This document shows, piece after piece, positions 1 through 13,400 of a stretch of DNA of 64,000 nt; the first letter of the stretch is position 1; each line of letters begins with the position of its first letter. Source of the stretch: Thermodesulfobacteriota bacterium (GTDB lineage: Bacteria > Desulfobacterota_D > UBA1144 > Nemesobacterales > Mycalebacteriaceae); contig OZ242184.1 in assembly GCA_965205855.1 (NCBI GenBank), positions 512,001 to 576,000 on the forward strand, written 5' to 3'. A model generated the notes under the pieces. The model had not been told where the DNA came from, did not search any database, and saw only the letters and a list, made by a program, of their open reading frames with translations. Both the position numbers and the translations under genes were made by a program.

Positions 1-1490
1 GTGAGCGGCGGCCCAATCATCACTGACAGCCGGGGCCAGACCCCGACCCCGACCGAGGGTCAGAGACTGGAAGCAGCGACTGGCACCATTACCGACGCCA
101 GGGGCAGCTTCAGTTATCAATGGACTGCCAATAGAGTGGCTATCAGCGGCGCGGACAGGGCGCGCTACACCCCGACCCAGGCCGAGGTGGGCAAGATGAT
201 AAGGGTTATTGTGTCCTACACTGATACGCAGAGTGCTAACCGGCGCCTGACCAGCATTCCCGTCGGGCCGGTAGTCAATGTCAATGACGCGCCCACCGGA
301 GTACCGATCATTGCCGGCATCCCGACCCAAGGTCGGACCCTGACGGCGGATACCTCGGGCATTGAAGATGAAGATGGTCTGAATAGAGCGGTTTTCACCT
401 ATCAATGGAATACGCGTGTCAGGGGCACGGACACGGCAATTGATGGAGCCACCGCCAGTACCTACACCCTGAGCCAGTCCGAGGTGGGCGAGAGAATCAC
501 CCTGAGCGTCGGCTACACCGATGATGAAAACATGGACGAGGGTCCTCTGACCAGCGTTTCCGTCGGGCCGGTGTCCAATGCCAATGTTCGTCCCACCGGC
601 GAGGTGACCATTGATGGCACCCCGACCGAGGGTGAGACTCTGACGGCGAATACCGATGCCATTGAAGATGAGGATGGTCTGAGTAGAGCGGTTTTCACCT
701 ATCAATGGAATACGCGTGTCGGTGGCACGGACACGGCAATTGATGGAGCCACCGCCAGTACCTACACCCTGAGCCAGTCCGAAGTGGGCGAGAGAATCAC
801 CCTGAGCGTCGGCTACACCGATGATGAAAACATGGACGAGGGGCCTCTGACCAGCGTTTCCGTCGGGCCGGTGTCCAATGTTAATGACGCGCCCACCACC
901 AGCGGTCTGGCGGTTACGACAGACGAGGATATCGCCTATACCTTTGGGTTGGCCGACTTTTCCTTTACCGATGTCGACACTGGCGATAGCCTGGAGCAAG
1001 TGCGCATCGATACCCTGCCCGACGCTGGCAGCGGCAACCTGACCCTGAACAACACAGCGGTGACCGCGATGCAAGAGATTGCGGTTGGGGATATTACGAA
1101 TCTGGTCTATACCCCGGCGGCCAATGTCAACGGCGCTGCGACCTTCACCTTCAGCGTCTCTGACGGCACTGCCTTCAGTGCGTTCGCCACGGCAACCGTG
1201 ACCGTTACCGCGGTCAATGACCGGCCCACTGGCAGTGTAACCATCACCGGCACGGCGACCGAGGGCACGACCCTGACGGCGAACACCGATGGCATCAGCG
1301 ATGCCGATGGCCCTGATACCCTGACATTTAGCTATCAATGGCTATCGGGTTTCAGTCCGATAGCCGGTGCGAACGGAAGCACCTACATCCTGACCCCGGC
1401 CGATGTGGGCCAGTTTATCAGCGTGGCCGTCCGCTATACCGATGCTAATAACATGACCCATAGTGTGAGTAGTGCTCCCTTCGGGCCGGT
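1..1490 (+). repeat. ~1.5-kb block present three times (1, 7726, 60070)
   Basis: Offsets 7725 and 60069, confirmed by identical antisense ORFs at 216/7941/60285 and 513/8238/60582. The match to the 60070 copy extends to ~1935/62004. Confidence 0.95.
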
Positions 1491-4400
1491 GATCGTGGCG
1501 GGCACGGTGACGGTTTCCATTGCGCCCCCCGGCGCCGCAGTCGATGAGGGCGATCCCGCGACCTTCACCGTGACCCTGTCGGGTTCTCCCACGGATGAAG
1601 TGGTGGTGAACTATGCCACCTCGCCCGACACGGCGGTGGCGGCTGATTTCACCGATACCAGTGGCACGCTGACCTTCGCCGCGAACGCGAGCGGGGCCGC
1701 CCTGAGCCAGGATATCAGCGTACCGACGACGGACGATAGCGAGACCGAGGGCGATGAGACCTTCACCCTGACCCTGAGCGCGAACACTGCCAGCCCACTA
1801 CCGGCAGGTGTCACTCTGGACACGACCACGGCCCAGGCGACCATCGCAGCCAACGATGCACCGGTCAACAGCCCGCCCACCACCAGCGATCTGACGGTCA
1901 CCACAAACGAGGATACCGACTATACCTTTGCGGCGTCCGACTTCCCCTTTACCGATACCGACATGGACGATAGTCTGGAAGAGGTGCGCATCGATAGCCT
2001 GCCCGCCAGCACCAGCGGCAGCCTGGCGCTGAACGGCACAGCAGTGGCTGTGGACCAAGTGATTGCCGTTGCCGATATCCCGACTCTGGTCTATACCCCG
2101 GTGACCAATGTCAACGGCGATGCGACCTTCACCTTCAGCGTCTCCGACGGCACTGCCTTTAGTGCCACGCCCGCCACGGCAACCGTCAGCGTTACCGCAG
2201 TTAATGACGCGCCCACCATCACTGGCACCCCCGCCACAATGGTGATGCAAGGGGTGGCCTATAGCTTTATGCCGGACGGCGCAGATGTCGATACTGGCGA
2301 CACGCTGGTATATGCCATCACCAATATGCCAAGCTGGGCCAATTTCGATGCCGCGACCGGGGCCTTGACCGGCACGCCACAGAGCACCGATGTCGGTACC
2401 ACCACGGGCATTATCATCAGCGTCACCGATAACAATATCGCCGCGCCAGTAGAACTGCCCGCCTTCGACATCGAAGTCACCGCCACCCCCAACAGCCCGC
2501 CCACCACCAGCGACCTGATGGTCATGACAGACGAGGATACCGACTATACCTTTGCGGCGTCCGACTTCCCCTTTACCGATACCGACATGGACGATAGTCT
2601 GGAAGAGGTGCGCATCGATAGCCTGCCCGACAGCGGTAGCCTGACCCTAGGCGGCACAGAGGTTAACGAGGGGCAAGCGATTGCCGTTGCCGATATCCCG
2701 ACTCTGGTCTATACCCCGGTGACCAATGTCAACGGCGATGCGACCTTCACCTTCAGCGTCTCCGACGGCACTGCCTTTAGTGCCACGCCCGCCACGGCAA
2801 CCGTCACCGTGACCGCGGTCAATGACGCGTCCACTGGCAGTGTAACCATCACCGGCACGCCCCAGGTGGGCGAGACCCTGACGGCGGAGACCGGTGGCAT
2901 TAGCGATGCCGATGGCCTTACGAACGTGACTTTCGCGTATCAATGGCTGGAGGATGGCGGGAACCTTACCGGGGAGGCCTCGCCGACTCTCGCCTTGACG
3001 AGTGCGCATTTGGGTACGGATATTGAGGTACGGGTCAGCTTTACAGACAATGCCGGCAACAATGAAACACTAACCAGCAGCTCGGTCAACATTGGAGCGG
3101 CGGGCACGGTCAACAGCCCGGCGACGGGAGAACTGAGGATTTTCGGCACGCCCCGGGTGGGTGAGACCCTGAGGGCGTTCCCCCTGAGGATTGCGGATAC
3201 CGATGGTCTTGGCGACTTCAGCTATCAATGGCTGGCGAATGGCGTGGACCTTACCGGGGAGAACTCGCGAACTCTCGACTTGACCTCGGCGCATCAGGGC
3301 GCGGCGATTGCGGTACGGGTCAGCTTTACCGACGATGCCGGCAACGATGAAAGCCTGACCAGCGACTCGGTCACCATTGAGGCGGCACCCCCCACCGCTG
3401 TAATTGCACCGATTGATCCGGCGCTGTTGCTTACTGAGAATGGCGTGGAGGGCGTGGATGGTGGCATTGCCATCACCCTGGATGGCAGTGGCAGTGCCAC
3501 CAACCCCCCGGGCGGCACCCTGACCTACGCCTGGACTGAGCTCACACGAACGGGCATCGCCCTGACCGGCGCGGCCACGGCTATGCTCAGTTTCACCACG
3601 CCCGCCCGTGCGGAGTTAGCCGAGAGGCTGGTCTTCCGACTGACTGTGACCGACACCGCCAGCAATTCGACGGGCACCAGAGTCATTGGGGTAACGGTTC
3701 TGCCTGCTATGGTTGAGCCTCTTGTCGCTGTGGCTGGGCCAGATCAGACCGTGGCCACAGGCGCTATGGTGACGCTGGATGGTAGCGCCAGTACCGGTCC
3801 AGGAACCCTGTCCTATAACTGGGCGCAGAGTATCATTCCCGGCGCCGCACCTATCCAATTGGACAATTTTGGGTCTGCCATGCCGGTTTTTACTGCGCCG
3901 AACGTGACCACTACCAGGAATTTGGAGTTCAGATTGCAAGTGATGGCATCCGGCCTCAGCAGCAATTTCGACGAAGTCACCATTACCGTCGTGGGCGTGC
4001 CGAACATCTCGGCCAGCGTCAACAGCCTGATCGCCCCCATAGGCGTTGCCATCGAGCCGATCACCATCACCTCGACAGACGGTGGCACGGTGGCCAGTTA
4101 CAGCATCGCTCCGGCCATTGGCAATGGTCTGTCCTTTGATGAGAGCACCGGCACTATCTCCGGCACGCCAGATGCCGCCGCCGCTGAGGTCGTCTACACC
4201 ATCACTGCGGAAAATGTCAGCGGCACGGACACCGTCGAGGTTGCCATCACCGCCCCCGATGGCAATCTGCCTCCGGTGGCCAATGCCGGCACCGACCGTA
4301 CGGTTAGACCCGCTCTGAACTCTGTGGTCGAACTGGACGGCAGCGCCAGTTTTGACCCCGAGGGCGGGGCCCTGATCTACGCCTGGACCCAGAACGGCAC

Positions 4401-7400
4401 TCCCGACGTCGGCCTGACCGAAGAGAACACCGCAACCCCGAGGTTCACCCTGACCCAGGCCCTGCTTGATCAGTTGGCGGGAGAACCCACACTGAACTTC
4501 TCTTTGACAGTCACCGACGCCGCGAATGAGGCTTCTGTATCTGACAGCGTAGATATTCGCTTCGATATGACGCCCCCGGTTATCAGCCTGAACGGCGATT
4601 CTTCGGTATCCATCGTGGAGGGCGGCACCTATACGGACGCCGGTGCGACGGCTATGGACGCTGTTGACGGGAATATTACCGCTCGGATCACAACGACCGT
4701 TGCCTACAACGACGACACCATCACTATGCCCAGCGCGGACGGCAACGATCCCAACAGCGTTCCTGATGTAGATACCAACACGCCCGGTATCTACACCATC
4801 ATCTACAGGGTGGCGGATGCGGCGGGCAACACTGCCACGCCGCTTATCCGCGCAGTCAGGGTTCTGGACGGAAGTGCTCCGGTTATCACCCTGTTAGGCG
4901 AGGCCGAGATAACCATAGCGGCGGATACTGCCTATACGGATGCCCGTGCGACGGCCACGGACGCTGTTGACGGGGATGTTAGCGGCGAGATAACAGCGGC
5001 CATAGTCTACGATAACAACACAGCCGACACCGGCGACGACGAGACGGTCACTGCGGTAGATACCGCCAGGGTCGGCGTCTACACCATCACCTACAACGTG
5101 GAAGATGCGGCGGGCAACGCTGCCACGGCGGTCAGCCGCAGGGTTACTGTCGAGGACAGAACCGCCCCGGTCATTGACCGGAACGGCCCTTTTAGGGTAT
5201 CCATCGGACAGGGCGAGACCTATACGGACGCGGGTGCGACGGCCACGGACGCTGTTGACGGGGATATTACCACTCGGATCACAACGACCATTGTCTACAA
5301 TAACAACAGCTCCGGCACTGGCGACGACATAACGGTCACTGCGGTCGATACCGGCAGGCTCGGCGTCTACAACATCACCTACAATGTGACAGATACGGCG
5401 GGCAATGCTGCCGCGCCAAGGCGCAGGAGGGTTACTGTCACCCCGGACAGAACTGCTCCGGTTATTAGCTTGGTCGGCGCTTCTATGGTATCCATCGAGC
5501 AGGGCGGCACCTATACGGAAGCCGGTGCGACGGCCACGGACGCTGTTGACGGGGATGTTAGCGGAGATATTACGGTGAGCATTGTCTACAATAACAACAC
5601 CAGCGACGACGAGACGGACGACGAGACGGTTAATGCGGTCAATACCAGCAGGGTTGGCGTCTACACCATCACCTACAGGGTGACAGATGATGCGGGCAAT
5701 GATGCCACGGCGGTCGAGCGCACAGTCGCGGTCGAGGACGTAACGCCCCCGGTTATCAACCGGCTCGGCGCTTTTAGGGTATCCATCGAGCAGGGCGCCA
5801 CCTATGCGGACGCCGGGACGGCGGCCACGGACAATGTTGACGGTGATATTGGCGACCGAGTCAGTTTGAGCTTTGTCTACAATAACAACACCCCCGACCC
5901 CGCCGACAACATAGCGGTCGCTGCGGTCGATACCAGCAGGGTCGGCGTCTACACCATCACCTATAACGTGACAGATGTAGCGGGCAACGCTGCCGTGCCA
6001 AGGAGCAGGGAGGTCACTGTCGAGGAAGGAACTGCCCCGGTTATCACCCTGGTCGGCGATTCTGCGGTATCCATTGACCAGTTCGCCACCTATACGGACG
6101 CGGGGGCGACAGCCATGGACGCTACTGACGGGAATATTACCAACCGGATAACAGCGACCATCGTCTACAACAACAACACCGCTGGCACCGGCGACGACGA
6201 GACGGTTAATGCAGTCGATACCCTCAGGGTCGGCGTCTACACCATCACCTACAGGGTGGCAGATGCGGCGGGCAACGTTGCCACGCCGGTCAGCCGCACA
6301 GTCGAGGTCGAGGACGTAACGGCCCCGACTATCAGCCTGAACGGCGATTTTTCGGTATCCATCGCAGCGGGCGCGAACTATATTGATGAAGGGGCGACAG
6401 CATCGGACCATACTGACGGGGATATTACCAGCGCGATCATGGCGACCGTTGTCTACAATAACAACACCGACGACGAGACGGACGACGAGACGGTTACTGC
6501 AGTCGATACCGGCAGGGTCGGCATCTACACCATCACTTACCGCGTGGAAGATGCGGCGGGCAACGCTGCCACGCCGGTCAGCCGCACAGTCGAGGTCGAG
6601 GACAGAACTGCCCCGGTTATCAGCCGGAACGGCCCTTATAGGGTATCCATCGAACAGGGCGAGACCTATACGGACGCCGGTGCGACGGCCACGGACAACA
6701 TTGACGGAAATATTACCGATCAGATCACAACGACCATCGTCTACAATAACAACACCGCCAACACCGGCGACGACGAGACGGTTACTGCAGTCGATACCAG
6801 CAGGGTTGGCGTCTATACCATCACCTACAACCTGACAGATGCGGCGGGCAATGATGCCGCGCGGGTCAGGCGCAGGCAGGTTACTGTCACCCCGGACAGA
6901 ACTGCCCCGGTTATCAGCCTGTTAGGCGATGCCGAGATAACCATAGCGGCGGATACTACATATACTGATGCCGGTGCGACAGCCACGGACGTTGTTGACG
7001 GGGATGTTAGCGGCCTGATCACAGCGACCATCGTCTACAATAACAACACCGCCAACATCGGCGACGACGAGACGGTCACTGCAGTCGATACCGGCAGGGT
7101 CGGCACCTACGCCATCACCTACAACGTGTCAGATGCGGCGGGCAACGATGCCACGCCGGTCAGCCGCAGGGTCACTGTCGAGGATCAAACGGCCCCGGTT
7201 ATCACACGGAACGGCTCTTTTGCGGTATCCATCGTAGCGGGAGCGAACTATATTGAAAGCGCGACAGCCACGGACAATATTGACGGGGATATTACCGCTC
7301 GAATCACAACGACCATCGTCTACAACAACAACACCGCCAACACTGGCGACGACGAGACGGTCAATGCGGTCAATACCGGCAGGGTCGGCGTCTACAACAT

Positions 7401-10400
7401 CACCTACAACGTGACAGATGTGGCGGGCAACGCTGCCACGCCGGTCGAGCGCAGGGTTACTGTCGCGGATCAAACTGACCCGGTCATTAGCCTGAACGGC
7501 CTTGCTACGGTATCCATCGAACAGGGCGCTGTCTATGCTGATGCCGGGGCGAGGGCCACGGACAATATTGACGGGGATATTACCGCCCGGATCACAGCGA
7601 CCATTACCGACAGCAGTGGCAACGCGATTGCTGCGGTGGATACCGGCACGCCCGGCGTCTACACCATCACCTACAGGGTGGCAGATGTGGCGGGCAACGA
7701 AGCCGAGGTTTCCAGAATTGTCACCGTGAGCGGCGTCCCAATCATCACTGACAGCCAGGGCCAGACCCCGACCCCGACCGAGGGTCAGAGACTGGCGGTA
7801 GCGACCGACACCATTATCGACGCCCAGGGTAGCTTCAGTTACCAATGGACTGCCGATGGAGTGGCGATCAGCGGCGCGAACAGGGCGCGCTACACCCCGA
7901 CCCAGGCCGAGGTGGGCAAGATGATAAGGGTTATTGTGTCCTACACTGATACGCAGAGTGCTAACCGGCGTCTGACCAGCATTCCCGTCGGGCCGGTAGT
8001 CAATGTCAATGACGCGCCCACCGGAGTACCGATCATTGCCGGCATCCCGACCCAAGGTCGGACCCTGACGGCGGATACCTCGGGCATTGAAGATGAAGAT
8101 GGTCTGAATAGAGCGGTTTTCACCTATCAATGGAATACGCGTGTCGGTGGCACGGACACGGCAATTGATGGAGCCACCGCCAGTACCTACACCCTGAGCC
8201 AGTCCGAGGTGGGCGAGAGAATCACCCTGAGCGTCGGCTACACCGATGATGAAAACATGGACGAGGGGCCTCTGACCAGCGTTTCCGTCGGGCCGGTGTC
8301 CAATGCCAATGTTCGTCCCACCGGCGAGGTGACCATTGATGGCACCCCGACCGAGGGTGAGACTCTGACGGCGAATACCGATGCCATTGAAGATGAGGAT
8401 GGTCTGAGTAGAGCGGTTTTCACCTATCAATGGAATACGCGTGTCGGTGGCACGGACACGGCAATTGATGGAGCCACCGCCAGTACCTACACCCTGAGCC
8501 AGTCCGAAGTGGGCGAGAGAATCACCCTGAGCGTCGGCTACACCGATGATGAAAACATGGACGAGGGGCCTCTGACCAGCGTTTCCGTCGGGCCGGTGTC
8601 CAATGTTAATGACGCGCCCACCACCAGCGGTCTGGCGGTTACGACAGACGAGGATATCGCCTATACCTTTGGGTTGGCCGACTTTTCCTTTACCGATGTC
8701 GACACTGGCGATAGTCTGGAGCAAGTGCGCATCGATACCCTGCCCGACGCTGGTATCGGCAGCCTGTCCCTGAGCGGCACAGCGGTGACCGCGATGCAAG
8801 AGATTGCGGTTGGGGATATTACGAATCTGGTCTATACCCCGGTGGCCAATGTCAACGGCGCTGCGACCTTCACCTTCAGCGTCTCCGACGGCACTGCCTT
8901 CAGTGCGTCCGCCACGGCAACCGTGACCGTTACCGCGGTCAATGACCCGCCCACTGGCAGTGTAATCATCACCGGCACGGCGACCGAGGGCCAGACCCTG
9001 ACGGCGAACACCGATGGCATCAGCGATGCCGATGGCCCTGATACCCTGACATTCAGCTATCAATGGCTATCGGGTTTCAGTCCGATAGCCGGCGCGAACG
9101 GAAGCACCTACATCCTGACCCCGGCCGATGTGGGCCAGTTTATCAGCGTGTCCGTCCGCTATACCGATGCTAATAACATGACCCATAGTGTGAGTAGTGC
9201 TCCCTTCGGGCCGGTGGCTGATAATACCCCGCCCATCGCTGATGCCGGTGATGATCAGATTGTGGAAAAAGGCGCGACCGTCACCCTTGACGGCAGTGGC
9301 AGTAGCGATCCCGAGGGCGCGAACCTGACCTACGCCTGGGAACAGACCAGCGGAACCCCGACGGTGACTCTGAATGATACCAGCGCACAAAGCCCGACCT
9401 TTACCGTTCCAGACACAATAACAGCGGGTACTGCCGGCACCCTTAACTTCACCCTGACCGTCACCGAAGCCAGCGCGGGTCGGCTTTCCTCAACCGACCG
9501 CGTTCAGGTACGCATCAGACCGCTATTCCGGGACACAGTGAGCGACCAGACCTATATCCAGAATGTGGCCATAACCGACCTGCAATTGCCCGATGCCCTT
9601 GGTCAGGGCGAGACCTTCACCCTGGTCAGGGCGGGGTCGTCTACAGCCCTGCCGACCGGGCTGACATTTAATGCAGAGACACGCACACTGTCCGGCACCC
9701 CGGAAATAATCGGAACCTTTGACCTGACCTACACCGTAACGGACAGGTTCGGTGGAACCGACACACTGGAATTCAGCATCACTATCACCCCCAATACCCC
9801 GCCCATCGCCGATGCCGGGGATGATCAGATTGTGGAAAAAGGCACGACCGTCACCCTTGACGGCAGTGGCAGTAGCGATCCCGAGGGCGCGAGCCTGACC
9901 TACTCCTGGAGACAGACCGGGGGCCCGAATGCCACCCTGAATGATGTCAACGCACAAAGCCCGACCTTCACCCTTCCAGACAGAATAAGACCGGGTGCTA
10001 CTACTGGCGTCCTTATCTTCACCCTGACCGTCACCGAAGTCGGCGCGGGCGGACTTTCCTCAACCGACAGCGTCCGGGTACTCATCAGACCGCTGCTTCA
10101 GGACACAGTGAGCGACCAGACCTATATCCGGGATGTGGCTATAACCGATCTGCAATTGCCCGATGCCCTTGGTCAGGGCAACACCTTCACCCTGGTCAGG
10201 GATGGGTCGGCTCCAGCCCTGCCGACCGGGCTGACATTCAATGCAAGGACACGCACACTGTCCGGCACCCCGACAATAATCGGAACCTTTAACTTGATCT
10301 ACACCGTAAGGGACAGGTTCGGTGGAACCGACACACTGGAGTTTAGCATCACCATCATCCCCAATACCCCGCCCATCGCCGATGCCGGGGATGATCAGGT

Positions 10401-13400
10401 TGTGGAAAAAGGCACGATCGTCACCCTTGACGGCAGTGGCAGTAACGATCCCGATGGCTCGAGCTTGAACTACGCCTGGGAACAGACCAGCGGAACCCCG
10501 ACGGTGACTCTGAATAATACCAGCGCACAAAGCCCGACCTTTACCGTTTCGGACACAATAGCAACGGATGACGGCATACTTGTGTTCAGCCTGACCGTCA
10601 CCGAAGCCGACACGGGGCTCTCCTCTACAGCCGACAGCGTCGAAATACGCATCAGACCGCTACTCCGGGACACAGTGAGCAACCAGACCTATATCCAGAA
10701 TGTGGCCATAACCGACCTGCAATTGCCCGATGCCCTTGGTCAGGGCGAGACCTTCACCCTGGTCAGGGCGGGGTCGTCTACAGCCCTGCCGACCGGGCTG
10801 ACATTTAATGCAGAGACACGCACACTGTCCGGCACCCCGGAAATATCCGGAATCTTTGACCTGATCTACACCGTAACGGACAGGTTCGGTGGAACCGATA
10901 CACTGGAATTCAGCATTACCATCATCCCCAATACCCCGCCCATCGCCGATGCCGGGGATGATCAGATTGTGGAAAAAGGCACGACCGTCACCCTTGACGG
11001 CAGTGGCAGTAGCGATCCCGAGGGTGCGAGCCTGACCTACGCCTGGGAACAGACCAGCGGAACCCCGACGGTGACTCTGAATAATACCAGCGCACAAAGC
11101 CCGACCTTTACCGTTTCGGACACAATAGCAACGGATGACGGCATACTTGTGTTCAGCCTGACCGTCACCGAAGCCGACACGGGGCTCTCCTCTACAGCCG
11201 ACAGCGTCGAAATACGCATCAGACCGCTACTCCGGGACACAGTGAGCAACCAGACCTATATCCAGAATGTGGCCATAACCGACCTGCAATTGCCCGATGC
11301 CCTTGGTCAGGGCGAGACCTTCACCCTGGTCAGGGCGGGGTCGTCTACAGCCCTGCCGACCGGGCTGACATTTAATGCAGAGACACGCACACTGTCCGGC
11401 ACCCCGGAAATATCCGGAATCTTTGACCTGATCTACACCGTAACGGACAGGTTCGGTGGAACCGATACACTGGAATTCAGCATTACCATCACCCCCAATA
11501 CCCCGCCCACCTCAAGCGGTCTGGCGGTCACCACCGACGAGGATGCCGAATATACCTTTGCGGTTGTCGACTTCCCCTTTACCGATGCCGACGGCAATAG
11601 CCTGCAAGCGGTGCGCATCGATAGCCTGCCCGCCAGCGGTAGCCTGACCTTGGGCGGTACGGCGGTTAACGAGGGGCAAGAGATAGCCGTTGCGAATATT
11701 CCGACCTTGGTCTATACCCCGGTGGCCAATGCCAACGGCGATGTGACCTTCGACTTCAGCGTCTCCGATGGCGCTGACTTCAGTGAGTCCTCCACGGCGG
11801 TACTGACCATAGAAGCGTCAAATGACACTGCGACGGGATTGCCTACAATTACGGGCACGGCGAACGAGGGAGAGGTACTGACGGCGGATGTCTCTGGTAT
11901 TGAGGATATAGATGGTCTGCCCGAGCTGTCCATGTTCACCTATCAATGGAATACGCGGGTCGGGAGCACGGACACGCCGATTAACAACGCGACCACCGAA
12001 ACCTACACCCCGACCGAGGACGAGGTGGGCGAGTTTATCACGGTGACGGTCATCTTCACAGATGGCGGTGGCACGCGTGAAAGCCTTACAAGTGAGTCAA
12101 CGATGGAGGTGACAGATATTGTCAGGGTGTTAACGACGGACGAGGCGTTGCGTCTCAACGCGGAGCCACCGACCACGGACACGACGGGAAGTATTATCAT
12201 GTTGTCGACCAGCGAAGAAGTAATCCTTGATAACGCTAATGGTGAGGATTTCACAGTTACCTCAACCCTGAATGGCGAAACAATACCTCACGAGGTTACC
12301 GATATCAGGGCGGGCAGTATCGTACTGGAGGTGACCCCGGCAATCGGGTTCGGATCTCTCATCGTGGTTTCCTATAGTCCGGTTCAAGGTTCCATTACGG
12401 GTGTCAATACGGGCAATCCGGTGGTTCCGTTCAGTATAAGTGTGAACAACGCGGTACGGCCGTTGAATGAAGACCTGGATCGTGAAGGGAGGAAAACGTT
12501 GTTGACGCACCTTGCGGGTGTTCAGAGCGATCTGGTGATAAGTACGGTACAGAACCACCTGAGGGCGCTGGACGGAGGCAACCGTGTGAGCGTTCCACGA
12601 CATGCGGGCGTAGAGACAGAGGGAGAAGGCAAATACGTTGAATACGAGAACGTCCGTGAGATGCTGTCTCATCTGGAGTTTGATCTTTCCCTGAACAGTC
12701 TGATGGGGTCGAATGAGGAGTGGCGCAAGACCGGTATTTCGTCCGCCGGGTTAGAGAGTTCGACTGATTTGTCATCGCCGCGGACACTTACCCTGTGGGG
12801 AGGAGGAGGCGAGACGCGTCTGGACAACAATTACAATACATCCGGTGACGACAATCGCTATGACGGTCGTGTGTGGTCTTACAACACAGGTTTGGATTAC
12901 CGTCCCTCGGAGTCTTTGACCTTGGGTGCGGCAGTGGGTTATTTGGACAGTGAACTGACAACCACCTACAACGAAGGCACCTATGAGGAGAAGATGGTAT
13001 CGGTGTCACCGTACCTGCTGTATGAGAGTCCGTGGGGTCTGGATATATCCCTGTTCGGGGGCTACGGAATAGGAGATGTTGACCTGACGGGGACGTTTGG
13101 GCAGGCGAGCACGCCGTTTGTGGCATTTACCGACAGTAATCTGTTATTTGGCGCGGTGCGTGTGTCGGGTGCGATGAAGTTTTTGGATAACAGTTTGGAA
13201 GTGGTACCGAATGTGAGTCTGCTCGGCAGTCGCAAGAGGCTGGAGGGATATACGGACAGCAGCAACCGTGAGATTGGCGAGACCACGGCGTCAGTGCTTC
13301 GCCTGACTCCGGGTTTTGAGGTGAGTTACCGTGTGAAGTTTTCAGGAGTAACGTTGAGGCCGTTTGCGAGCGGAGGTTTGATATTTGATTTATTGGATAC

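Noticed and set aside
1-3. GTG at base 1 as the start of gene 1
   Set aside because: Identical DNA is internal at 7726 and 60070 and no signal peptide follows, so the gene starts upstream of the window.
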